In this document: piece by piece, positions 52,801 through 63,200 of the stretch
How positions within the stretch are numbered: the stretch's first letter is position 1
Layout of the letters: every line of letters starts with the position of its first letter
Origin: an uncultured virus (IMG/VR IMGVR_UViG_3300013132_000045)
Lineage: Duplodnaviria; Heunggongvirae; Uroviricota; Caudoviricetes
DNA: 64,000 nt
IMG/VR virus record: IMGVR_UViG_3300013132_000045
Direction: 5' to 3' (one strand)
Made by a program: the position numbers and the translations under genes
Notes under the pieces: model-generated
Database searches by the model: none
Seen by the model: the letters and a program-made list of their open reading frames with translations, nothing else
Told to the model about the DNA's origin: nothing

Positions 52801-54334
52801 TGTCAGGAAGGCTGGTCAAACCATGACCGACTGGTCGAAGCTTCAAGCCGGAGATATTGTGGCTACTGGCCGCCCTGGTGATACTCCGCACGTAGGAGTT
52901 TATACTGGTGGCCAAAATGTATTTCATCAAAGCAGAAGTAGAGGCTTAAGGGCCGGCAATTACCCCGATCTTTCTTATTTCCAAAAACAAGGTTATTTTG
53001 TTCGGCCAAATGTTGGGGCCGGCATGCCAGGCAAGGTAGGAAGCAATCAAAGCCGCGACACTATGGCAGCGGCAGAAACTGATATAGCCAGGCAAAATGC
53101 CAAGATTGCAGAACGCGGAGCGCTTTTAACAAAGGAAAGTGACATTTTGAAGCAACTGGGGCGATACATGCAAGAGACATATAATGTGCCCGACCTGGAG
53201 CTTGATAATCAGTTACTAAAAAAACGTAACGATTTAATAGAGCAAGGAATAGATGAAAATGTAATCAATTATAAAATGCGACTTTTTGAACTTGATCTTC
53301 AATACCAAGGCTTACTTAAGGCATTTCCAGAATTTGCGGCTAAGGCAGGCCTTTCAGAAGGGCAACGTATTAAGATATTGGCAATTTTGGCGGAGGGGCT
53401 TGGCAAGGCTACGCAAGCGGAAAAAGCCAAAAATGATGAAACTTTGCGCGGAATTGCCATTCAGCGCGAAAATCAAATGCAAGAAGCCTTGCGTTTTGCC
53501 ACGCCATTGGGAGGCATGGGACTTAGCGCAGGCTTCATTGGAGCATCGGGACAGAAGTTCGAAGAAGTGTTCAAGGAAACTGACTCTAAGGAAACAGCCA
53601 CATACTTTGCTGAACTTCAAAATCAGCTAACTCTGCTAGAAACGCGCAATGGTGCCATTCAATCATCCATCATGGCCATTGGGGATGCTTTTGGTACTGC
53701 CATGACAACTGGCATTGCAAGCCTAATTGATGGCACAGCTTCAGCTCAAGAAGTGTTTGCTAATTTCCTCAAGGGCATTGGTCAGGCATTGTTGCAGGCC
53801 GCGCAACAAATGATTGCCACTTATATTGCCATCGGCATTGCCAGGATTTTTGCAGGACTTGGTGGTAAGAATCTTAATCCCACCAGTCCAGGGGGAGACT
53901 GGATGAGTGCAGTAGGTAGAATGAATCCCACTTCCGCCTATGCCGATGGTGGGATTGCCCCTGGCGGCTTCACTGCCTTTGCTAATGGCGGCACAGTCAC
54001 CGGCCCTACACTGGGCCTCGTTGGCGAAGGACGCTATAACGAAGCCATTGTGCCATTGCCTGATGGTCGTTCTATTCCCGTGCAAATGCAAGGCGGAGGC
54101 CTTCGTGAAAAAATGAATAACGGCATGGCCGGCGCAACTGCCCCTCCAGTGCTTTCAATGAGCTTCCAAAGTACAACTATCAATGGAGTAGAATACGTTG
54201 ACAGGGCTCAGCTTGAAGCAGCAATGGCTGAAACGCGCAGAACTGCTACTAGTGATGGTGCTAAACGCGGCATGACGATGACCTTGGATCGTTTGCAAAA
54301 TAGTAGCTCCACTCGCAGGAGAGTTGGCGTGTAA
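49871..54334 (+). CDS. Tape measure protein with N-terminal repeats and internal NlpC/P60-like domain
   Basis: [24 protein letters not shown] tape domain; NMCSESV...GDIV...HVGVY; GLVGEG..EAIVPL. Confidence 0.9.
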   Translation: [1487 protein letters not shown]

Positions 54335-54717
54335 TGGCTGATTTTCCTTCATTAAAGCCAACTGGTCGCAGTTTTCAACTTGGCCAATATCCAGTTAAAA
54401 CTTATCGAGCCATGTCTGGTGCAGTGGTACGCCGCAGCTTCGGTAATCGTCCTTTTGGCTATACGCTGGAATTGGAGTTTGGCAATATCTCGGAAACCAT
54501 TGTTAATACCATTATTGATCATTACGACTTGCAGCAAGGTGGCACAATTGGATTTGCTATTCCCTCTATTGTGTTTGAAGGCTATACAAGCGTTTTACAA
54601 AGTAAAGTTCGCACTGCCCTTGGCATTGAATGGCTTTACGCTGAACCTCCAACAGTGGAAAGTGTAATTAAAGGCATTAGCACGGTAATGGTAAAGCTAG
54701 TTGGTGAAATGCGATGA
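54334..54717 (+). CDS. Distal tail protein-like
   Basis: Follows TMP; FPSLKPTGRSF, WLYAEPP. Confidence 0.6.
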   Translation: MADFPSLKPTGRSFQLGQYPVKTYRAMSGAVVRRSFGNRPFGYTLELEFGNISETIVNTIIDHYDLQQGGTIGFAIPSIVFEGYTSVLQSKVRTALGIEWLYAEPPTVESVIKGISTVMVKLVGEMR

Positions 54718-55178
54718 GTGAAATTCGTTTGGCTCAATATTTTTATTTAGTAACTGCCAATAATGTGCAGCATCGCTATCAAAACTTCTTCATACAAGAA
54801 GCGCGAATTTTAGACGGCGCTCGTTACGAATTTGCACCATTCAGAGCAGAAGGAAGCACTGCCAACTTAAATGGTGACAATGGACTAGTGCGAGTGTTAT
54901 TTCCCAATGTGGAATATGCCATTCGCCTGGTTGAGCAAGGTGATGGCAATCGCCTTAGTCGTTTGACTATTACCACGCAATGGCTAAATGCTGCCCTGGC
55001 GCCTTCACGTAGCTATCAAGAACGTTATGTTGGCATTGGCGCAAGCTATTCAGACACTACCATTGAACTACGGTATCGCACTGCCATGGATTCCGTGGGA
55101 GCACAATTTCCAGCTCGCACTCTCACTCGCAGCTTAGTTGGCCCATTGCCCCTCAATGCAGAACTCGTCCTTCAATGA
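54714..55178 (+). CDS. Minor tail protein (L-like)
   Basis: Synteny; YEFAPF, DSVGAQFPAR. Confidence 0.6.
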   Translation: MSEIRLAQYFYLVTANNVQHRYQNFFIQEARILDGARYEFAPFRAEGSTANLNGDNGLVRVLFPNVEYAIRLVEQGDGNRLSRLTITTQWLNAALAPSRSYQERYVGIGASYSDTTIELRYRTAMDSVGAQFPARTLTRSLVGPLPLNAELVLQ

Positions 55179-55542
55179 TTTAATTGGCTTGCCTTATCAA
55201 TGGAGCGCTGCTCCATGGTCAGGCAAAACTGATTGTTTTCAGCTCGCTTGTGAAGTGCATAAGCGGCTAGGCTTTAATGATTATACGGAGCGTTTTGAAT
55301 GGGTGTATGAAATGTATGATGAAAGCACATTTCCAAAATCGCTGCTTGTTAGGTGGATGATTGACAATGGGAAGCGACTAAAAGAGCCATTGGCTGGAGC
55401 GGTGATGTTATTGCCAGCTTCTGTTGGCTCGGCGTTGGGAACAATTGTGGAAGATGGAGTGTTATTTCTTTCTCCTGGCGGCACAGTCGTCAAAGCTTTA
55501 TTGCCTAGAAACATTGGCCATTGTTTTTGGATGAATCAATGA
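55156..55542 (+). CDS. NlpC/P60-like tail tip protein (K-like)
   Basis: DLIGLPY...TDCFQL. Confidence 0.7.
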   Translation: MQNSSFNDLIGLPYQWSAAPWSGKTDCFQLACEVHKRLGFNDYTERFEWVYEMYDESTFPKSLLVRWMIDNGKRLKEPLAGAVMLLPASVGSALGTIVEDGVLFLSPGGTVVKALLPRNIGHCFWMNQ

Positions 55543-58500
55543 CGCGCAAACTTTTGCCTTATGAATATGATTTAATTGATGCGCTAGGCATTAAAAGGGA
55601 AGAGTATTTAGATTTTGTTGCACAACAGCATATTTACAAAGATATAAAGCAAGGCACTGTGTTGGATGCACGCAATGATTTCGGAATCACTGCTTTAATC
55701 TTGACCATTGTGGGCATTCTGTTCCAGGTGGCGTCAGTCCTGTTGATGCCAAAGCCCAAGGCTCCTAAAGAGCGAGGTACGGAGCAAACTAGGGATGCAG
55801 TGCTGGCTCCACGCATTGGTTTCAATGGCGCTCAAGATCTTGCCGTATATGGAGATACCGTACCGTTGGTTTATACCAACACTGCGCAAAATATAAATGG
55901 CGGTGTGCGTGTAGCGAGCCTATTGTTATGGTCAGGCATCCTTAGCTTTGGTAATAATCAATTCATGCGGTTAATGATGACCGTTGGCGCATCCGGCATT
56001 GCCAATATTGATCCAGAGCGCACGGCTCTTGGACAATTTCCAGCTAGGGATTTGGTATTTGGAAATGTATGGCAATATTACAACGAAAATGGTCCCACTC
56101 TGTATCAAAATTTAATTAAAGGAGGAGGCACTGATCCGACAATAACCTTTGGCACTGATACCACTGCAAAACTCAATGGTCTCCCCGGAGCAGAAGAAGG
56201 TTTTAGTCAGGCATTTTCGCCCACCACTGCAAACACTGTAGGCGTGACAGGCTTTATACCAATAGAAGCAGACGTGCTAATTCTCAATGAAGATGGCAAT
56301 ACAGAACGCCGACGTGTTGAAGCACGATTCCAATCCCGCTCTGGTGCATATTGGCCCAATAATAGTGATCGTCCTTTTGTTCCCGTGGGAGATTTCTGGG
56401 ACCTATTTATTGCCCATACCATTGAACTATTACCAACCACTGATACTGCAGGCATTGCACGTCAAGATGCCCTGCGTAATTCAGCTTCGCAAATTGACAA
56501 TGGCACTATATTCAAAGCCGGCTCCGCATTATTTCGCGTGGTTTCCATAGGCTTTGCTGATAATAGTACCAACGGCATTGAGGGCGGTGATTTATATGCA
56601 GGCGTGGAATGTATTCGCACCGGCAAATTGCCACGTGCTAATTATGGATTAGGACACTGGAAAGGAGTGGGAGATCGAATCAATGCGTTACAAAAAAGAA
56701 TTGATAATATTAATGCTGCAATTACAAAGGCACAAGGACTTCGCGATATAGATCAAAAAATCCTAAATCGTGGCTCCGTAGTTTCTTTTGGAAAAGGCGG
56801 CTTTGGCTCTCAGCGACTCACACAAGCAGAGAAAAATCGCTACCAATCAAACGTAAATAACTATAATAATGAAATTGCTGCATTGCAAAATGAAAATAAT
56901 GCTTTGCAGGATGAAATTAACAGCTTGCAAGGACAAGGGGGCCCAGAATCATTCCATGTGAAGGGCTTGGCGCGTATTGAAGAAGCCGCCTACGCTAGCG
57001 TCACTAAATGCAATGTTTTAGACATAGCTTTACGGTTTCAAGTGTATAGGCGTCTCAATGGTCGCGCCAATGTTTATGGCAAGAATCAAGTTAATTATGG
57101 TCATAGTGCATCAGATAATGGTGCCAAGGCACGTACTGCCATGTTCGCCTTGTGGTATCGCCTGGACAACTCAGGCGAATACATTAGATTGCCGTATATT
57201 TTTTGCTGCCGTGGGGTAAACCAACAGGAAACATTTGCCTACCTAAAATTAATTTCCCGCAACGCTGGACCACGATTTATTGCAATTAAGCTAGAGCCCG
57301 TTGTTGACACTTACATTGAAATTCGCACCTTCCACACTCGTGGCTACTGCTATCTCAATCCAACTGGTCCATTGGTCACTCTTGGTTCTGACCTAACTGA
57401 AAATGACAATGTAGAAGTGTATTTCAATGGCTCAGTGTATCGAGATGGGGGCAGAGGCGACTATCCTCCGTTTAATAAATCTCCAGCTAATACCACTGAA
57501 TTTGATTTGTTTAATTACGACGCATTTTCTAACACTTCTTTTTCTTTTGATTCGTCCGCTGAAATTAAAATTACAGCCGTAACAGAACAACGCATTGAAT
57601 CGTGGCAAAACTATGGCCCTAGCCTGTACAGCGGCCTGTCCACTCTTGCCGTGCATGTTGTCTCAGGGGCTGGCACTCAGGATTTGCGAAGTGTTAGTGC
57701 TTACGTGACGGAAGGCAAGCGCGTGCGTCTGCTGCCAACAAGCCAAAATTATTTTGGCAATGAAGCAACAAACGTGCCTGATGATGCGGCCATAACTAAT
57801 TTTGCAAATAGCGCACCAAGTAATTCCACTTCTTTTGCTGCGGATATTTTCTTAGATACAATTTTGGATGGCATCAATGGCATTGGTCGCTATGCAAGTT
57901 TGCATTCAGTGGATGTGATGCAACTGGCGCAAAGTAAAAGATTTTGCGAACGCAATGGTTTATTCATGGACGGTGTGATTGCAGATGCCAGGCCGTGGCG
58001 AGAGTTTTGGGCGCAAGTAGCACCATTTAGCCTGCTTGAACTTGGCAAGATTGGCGGGAAAGAAACGCTGGTGCCTGCATTGCCTTATGAAAAAAATACT
58101 GGCGCCATCACTCGTTCAGTGTCAATCACTGCACTTTTTAATCAAGGAAACATTCTTGAAGAAAGCCTTAAAGAGGAATTTATTGACTATGGCACAGGCG
58201 TTCAAGATGTAATTGTCACTTTGATTTATCGTGATGTAGAGCGCAATGGTGTGTTTCCGCGTAACAACAGCGTAGAGGTTAAACGCACTGACACGCAAGA
58301 AGCCAATGCCGTTCGCGAAAGCCTTGACATTTCACAGTTTGTCACCACTCGCGCCCAGGCGATCTTACTGGGCAAATATCTTTGCAATGTACGGCGTTAT
58401 AACCGCCGCGCCATTGAGCTGGTCACTTTCCCTACGGACATCTTTGTAATGCCTGGTAGTTACGTTTATGTGGAAACCAGCAATAATCAATGGGACGGCA

Positions 58501-58862
58501 TATATACAGGCAGAATTGAAGACGGTGGAGCTTTGAACGTGCCCTTACAAGGCATTCCCAATGGCACCTATAACGTGCTCACTTATGGCAGCACTGATGG
58601 CACTCGTTCCCTTAATGGCGTGACAGTCGCCAATGGCACTGCTCCAGCTCTTGCTTCACAAAGTGGTAATTTGTTTGTGCTTGGTCAAAATGTGCGCTCT
58701 AAGCGTGTGTTTCGCGTGACGGAAGTAACAATGGAAGAAGAAGGAGAAACAACTGTTCGCGCAGTAGAACATCCTTGTGACGCCAATGGTCAATCTTTTA
58801 TTGCGGAAGGACTTTCTTCCTATGTGAATGGATTGTTTACCATTGATGGCGCGGCAGAGTAG
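55539..58862 (+). CDS. Tail tip/central fibre protein (I+J-like)
   Basis: RKLLPYE, GDTVPLVY, LFNQGNI, LGKY; 1107 aa. Confidence 0.75.
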   Translation: MTRKLLPYEYDLIDALGIKREEYLDFVAQQHIYKDIKQGTVLDARNDFGITALILTIVGILFQVASVLLMPKPKAPKERGTEQTRDAVLAPRIGFNGAQDLAVYGDTVPLVYTNTAQNINGGVRVASLLLWSGILSFGNNQFMRLMMTVGASGIANIDPERTALGQFPARDLVFGNVWQYYNENGPTLYQNLIKGGGTDPTITFGTDTTAKLNGLPGAEEGFSQAFSPTTANTVGVTGFIPIEADVLILNEDGNTERRRVEARFQSRSGAYWPNNSDRPFVPVGDFWDLFIAHTIELLPTTDTAGIARQDALRNSASQIDNGTIFKAGSALFRVVSIGFADNSTNGIEGGDLYAGVECIRTGKLPRANYGLGHWKGVGDRINALQKRIDNINAAITKAQGLRDIDQKILNRGSVVSFGKGGFGSQRLTQAEKNRYQSNVNNYNNEIAALQNENNALQDEINSLQGQGGPESFHVKGLARIEEAAYASVTKCNVLDIALRFQVYRRLNGRANVYGKNQVNYGHSASDNGAKARTAMFALWYRLDNSGEYIRLPYIFCCRGVNQQETFAYLKLISRNAGPRFIAIKLEPVVDTYIEIRTFHTRGYCYLNPTGPLVTLGSDLTENDNVEVYFNGSVYRDGGRGDYPPFNKSPANTTEFDLFNYDAFSNTSFSFDSSAEIKITAVTEQRIESWQNYGPSLYSGLSTLAVHVVSGAGTQDLRSVSAYVTEGKRVRLLPTSQNYFGNEATNVPDDAAITNFANSAPSNSTSFAADIFLDTILDGINGIGRYASLHSVDVMQLAQSKRFCERNGLFMDGVIADARPWREFWAQVAPFSLLELGKIGGKETLVPALPYEKNTGAITRSVSITALFNQGNILEESLKEEFIDYGTGVQDVIVTLIYRDVERNGVFPRNNSVEVKRTDTQEANAVRESLDISQFVTTRAQAILLGKYLCNVRRYNRRAIELVTFPTDIFVMPGSYVYVETSNNQWDGIYTGRIEDGGALNVPLQGIPNGTYNVLTYGSTDGTRSLNGVTVANGTAPALASQSGNLFVLGQNVRSKRVFRVTEVTMEEEGETTVRAVEHPCDANGQSFIAEGLSSYVNGLFTIDGAAE

Positions 58863-58886
58863 AATGCAGACAAATGGTTAATTAAA

Positions 58887-59384
58887 ATGGGCTTTTATAC
58901 TGGTCGCACTGGCAAGCTTTACCTTTATGGTATTTTTCCTCCATCTTTTGGCTCTGCATTGACCCCTACCGATACAAATGCTGTATTGAAAATTCGCGAT
59001 TGGTCCCTTGACACAAGCCTAGAACTTTTGGAGACCACCACTATTGACACGGCAGTGAAAACATACACGCCTGGCATGGTCAGTTCCACTGGTTCAGCCA
59101 CTGTCATGTACTATCGGGCAGAGCCAGGCGACGTAGGCATACAGTTTGAACAATTGCTTAATAAAGTGATGAAAACAAGCGGCGCTGGCGTTACGGAAGC
59201 AGACAAAGTAGGAATGATGCTGCGAGCCGGATCACAACCAGGGGCTGGCGTAGATATAAAGGATGACATTGGCTTTAATGCTTATATTACCAATGCAAGT
59301 ATCACTGTTGGCACTGGAGAGCTGACTAGCGTATCGTTACAATTTACCGTGGATGGACCATTTATAGAACTAATTGACGCATGA
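58887..59384 (+). CDS. Tail-tube-like structural protein
   Basis: YTGRTG, IRDWSLD...LETTT, FTVDG. Confidence 0.6.
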   Translation: MGFYTGRTGKLYLYGIFPPSFGSALTPTDTNAVLKIRDWSLDTSLELLETTTIDTAVKTYTPGMVSSTGSATVMYYRAEPGDVGIQFEQLLNKVMKTSGAGVTEADKVGMMLRAGSQPGAGVDIKDDIGFNAYITNASITVGTGELTSVSLQFTVDGPFIELIDA

Positions 59385-60265
59385 CCTATTTTGTTGGGCG
59401 CATTGGTAATGTAAGACTTCGACGCAATAACGAAGGAATATTTTCGGCAATCGTCAAAGACGCCGACGTTACTATCGTCTTGAATCGAGTGGGTTTTGAA
59501 GGGGCTCTTGATAATTTGCTAACTGGAGATAAAATTACAATTAGCACTCCAGACCCGCGAGGATTGGTGTTTTTTACAACTCCCAGTTGGGTGGATGGTG
59601 AAGGCGTTGAGCAGCGTAGCTTTTCAGCTTTTATTAATGTCAACGCCGCTGGTGGTTTGCGGTTTTTCCCAACTTTTGCAGATGCTGTAAATAACAATCG
59701 CGCCGCCGAATTTCAAATAAAAAACTTTGAAGGAGAGCCATTGCTTGTTGAATTAGTGGTGCGAGATGTATCTCCAAATGTGTTGGGAGATGTGACCAGT
59801 TATACTTTCAACACTGATCGTGAAGGCTTAGATGCTACCACGCTAAATGATAAATTTAAGCGTATGTATTCGGCAGGCCTTATCAGCGGAAGCGGATCTA
59901 TTGACTGCTTGTTTGATAATACTACTTCTGGCGTAAAAGAAACGCCGCTATTAATGTTACAGCTTATACATCGCGTGGATATTGGCAGCGCATTTGATTG
60001 CCTGCTGTCAATCACCGACCCATTAAATGACCCAGCACTTTCGGCTGACGACAATATTTACTATGAATTCACTGCAATGGTCACGCGGTCCGGCTTGGAA
60101 CTGTCCGCTTCTGATTTAATTTCGTGTAGTATAGATTTTGTAACCACTGGTGAAATTAAACTATTAGTGGGTCGTCCATCTGGTTACGTCCTGAAAGAGG
60201 ACGAAGATCGTCTTGCTCTTAACCAAAATAGTCTAGAGTTCCTCCTTACGGAAGTGGAAGACTAG
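59381..60265 (+). CDS. Structural protein with tube-like C-terminal domain
   Basis: YTFNTDREGLDATTL...GLISGSG...IDFVTTGEI. Confidence 0.6.
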   Translation: MTYFVGRIGNVRLRRNNEGIFSAIVKDADVTIVLNRVGFEGALDNLLTGDKITISTPDPRGLVFFTTPSWVDGEGVEQRSFSAFINVNAAGGLRFFPTFADAVNNNRAAEFQIKNFEGEPLLVELVVRDVSPNVLGDVTSYTFNTDREGLDATTLNDKFKRMYSAGLISGSGSIDCLFDNTTSGVKETPLLMLQLIHRVDIGSAFDCLLSITDPLNDPALSADDNIYYEFTAMVTRSGLELSASDLISCSIDFVTTGEIKLLVGRPSGYVLKEDEDRLALNQNSLEFLLTEVED

Positions 60266-60290
60266 AATGTACCAAAAGAATTTATAACTC

Positions 60291-63200
60291 GTGGCAGATC
60301 AACGTATTACGCAGCTAAAAAAGCTGAGTCAAGCTGATGTTGCAGCTAATGATGTGCTGCCCATTGTTGACGTGGGTAGTAGTATCACCAAAAAGGTGGA
60401 GGCCAAGGATCTATTCCAAGCTGCCGCTGATTTGGCTGACAATAGCAGCATTAATTTAGCAAAGCTTAATCAAGCCAGTGCGACCAAACTTGGCACTGCC
60501 GCATTAGCTGATGATGCCATCACTGCTGCAAAATTAGCAAATGATAGTGCCATTGCTTATGACTCAGTGGCGCCTACCATTGATAATTTTGAAGGAAGGG
60601 GCTATGTAAATAGCACTAGCAAAAATTTGCAAGTGTGGAATGGTAGCGCCTTTGATCAAGTGGTGATGCCTACGGCTGGCATTGCAGACCTAGCTGTGAG
60701 CACTGCCAAGATTGCCAATAATGCAATTACCACGGCTAAAGTTGATATTGCCGGCCTTGGTCCTACTGCCATTGCCACTAATGCCATCACGACAGCCAAA
60801 GTTGTTGATACAGCCATCACTACTGACAAACTGGCTTCATTGTCAGTTACCACGGCCAAGATTGCTGCTAATGCGGTCACTGCTGCTGAGCTAGCAAACG
60901 ATGCCGTAGACACCGCTGCCATCCAAACTCTAGCCGTCACTAACGCCAAGCTGGCTGATGCCGCTGTCACCGAAGCCAAGATTGCCGATGGTGCGGTAAC
61001 GGTAAACAAAATTGCCAATACCAGCATCACTTATGGCAAACTCAATCTTGCTGATGGTTCCGTACCAGGTGCCAAGCTGACTGATGCTACAGTTACCAGC
61101 GCTAAACTTGCCGCGGATGCTGTAACAACACCTGCCATTACTGATCTTGCTGTTACCACCGGTAAGCTGGCAAACTCAGCAGTCACCAACGGCAAAATTG
61201 CTGATGGTGCAATTACCACTGTCAAGGTAGATGCTGCTGGTCTTGCTGCTGCTGCTATTGCCACCAATGCAATTACAACAGCCAAAGTTGCAGATGATGC
61301 CATCACTGCCGCCAAAATGGCTGATGATAGTACCACTATTGTACAAGCTGGCACACCAGCGGGAAGCGGCGCTTTTGAAGGGCAGCATTGGTTTGACACT
61401 AATACCAGCGTTGAATACATTTGGGACAGCACCACGTGGGTGAGGCAGGCGGCCGTTAATGTTATAAATTTCACTGATTCCACTCCCATTGCATTTTCCG
61501 TTGCCTATCCAAATAATCACACTGCTAATATCACCACTTCTCTTGACACGCAAGTAGCTAATCGTGCATTTCTTGGTCCCGCTGCTGGTGCTGATGCTGC
61601 CCCCACCTTTCGCACCATTGTTCCCAATGATTTGCCAGATGCCACGGCTTCAACTAAAGGCATCATCCAACCAGGCACTGGCTTAGTTGTTAATGGCGGC
61701 ACGCTAAATCACAGCAATAGCGTCACCACCGGCACATATACAAAAGTAACAGTTGACACGCAAGGGCATGTCAGCACGGGCGCGTTGCTTGAGGCCTCTG
61801 ATGTGCCAAATATTGACGCAGCTAAAATTACAACTGGCACCTTGCCCACTGATCGCATTGCTGATAATGCCGTCACCATTGATAAACTATCAGACTACAG
61901 CACGGCTTCGCTGGGAGAAACTTTCCCCACGCCTAGTTTTATTGGACAAATCCACCTAAATCCACTGGACAAATCGTTCTTTATGTGGGACGGTAATGTT
62001 TTTGTGCCAATTGGCATTTCAGCGGGACAAATTATTTTTGCTGGTACTTTCAATGCAGCTACGCCTTCTGGCACGGGGCAAGTTGCCAGTATCACGCCTG
62101 AGGGAGCAGCAGCAGGCTTTACTGTGGGCAGTGCATTGCCGGCCTCTGCGCCTGGTAACAATAAGCATTATTTAGTCGTTAGTTCAGGGGGAACAATCAC
62201 CACTGGTAACGCGCCAAACGCTACATTGGCACCTCCTGATTTAATTCTTTCCGTTTATAACAGCGCCAGTCCTGGTTGGGTGGAAATTGACGTTAGTGCG
62301 GGCGCTGGTGCTATTGCCGCCTCACAGGTTAGCTTTGCTGCTGTTGGAGATATTGGCAGTAGTAATGTACAAACTGCCATTGAAGAAGTTAGTAGCGAAT
62401 GTCGCAACGCAACGAACATCACTAGCGGCACTCTCGCCGTAGCGCGTGGCGGCACCAATTTATCTAGTTATGTCAAGGGAGATATTATTGCGGCCAGTGG
62501 AACAACGGTATTAGCTCGACGTAGTGTTGGCACCAATGGTCAAGTGCTGACTGCTGATAGTGCTGAAATTACTGGTCTTAAATGGGCCACGCCCACTGTT
62601 GGTACTGTCACTGAAGTGACCAGCAGCACTGCTGCATTGACTGTTGCATCCGGCACTAGCACTACCACGCCTGCGTTGACGATTCGCTCAGCTACGACTA
62701 GCGGCGATGGCATTGTCCAGCTTAGTGATAGCACTGGCACTACCAGCAGCATTCTGGCTGCTACGTCCACTGCCGTTAAAGCAGCTTATGATTTGGCTGA
62801 TGCTGCGCTGCCCAAGGCGGGAGGCACTGTCACGGGAGATATTACGCTTGGCACAAATATTGGCATTCAGTTTGAAGGCACGACGGACGATGCAAATGAA
62901 ATTCGCTTAATTGGTGCTGATGCCACCGCTGATAGAACCATTACGCTTCCGAACGTAACTGGCACGGTGGTTACAACCGGCGACAATGGCACTGTCACTA
63001 GCACAATGATTGCTAATGATACTATTGTCAATGCCGATATAAATGCTTCTGCTGCTATTGCCTATAGCAAACTTGCACTATCCAGCGGCGTTGTCGATGC
63101 CGACATAAATGCTTCTGCCGCCATTGCTCTTTCTAAGCTTGCAACTGGTGCTCTTCCAACAACCATTACGATTGCTTCCGCGAATATTGTTGACGACACT

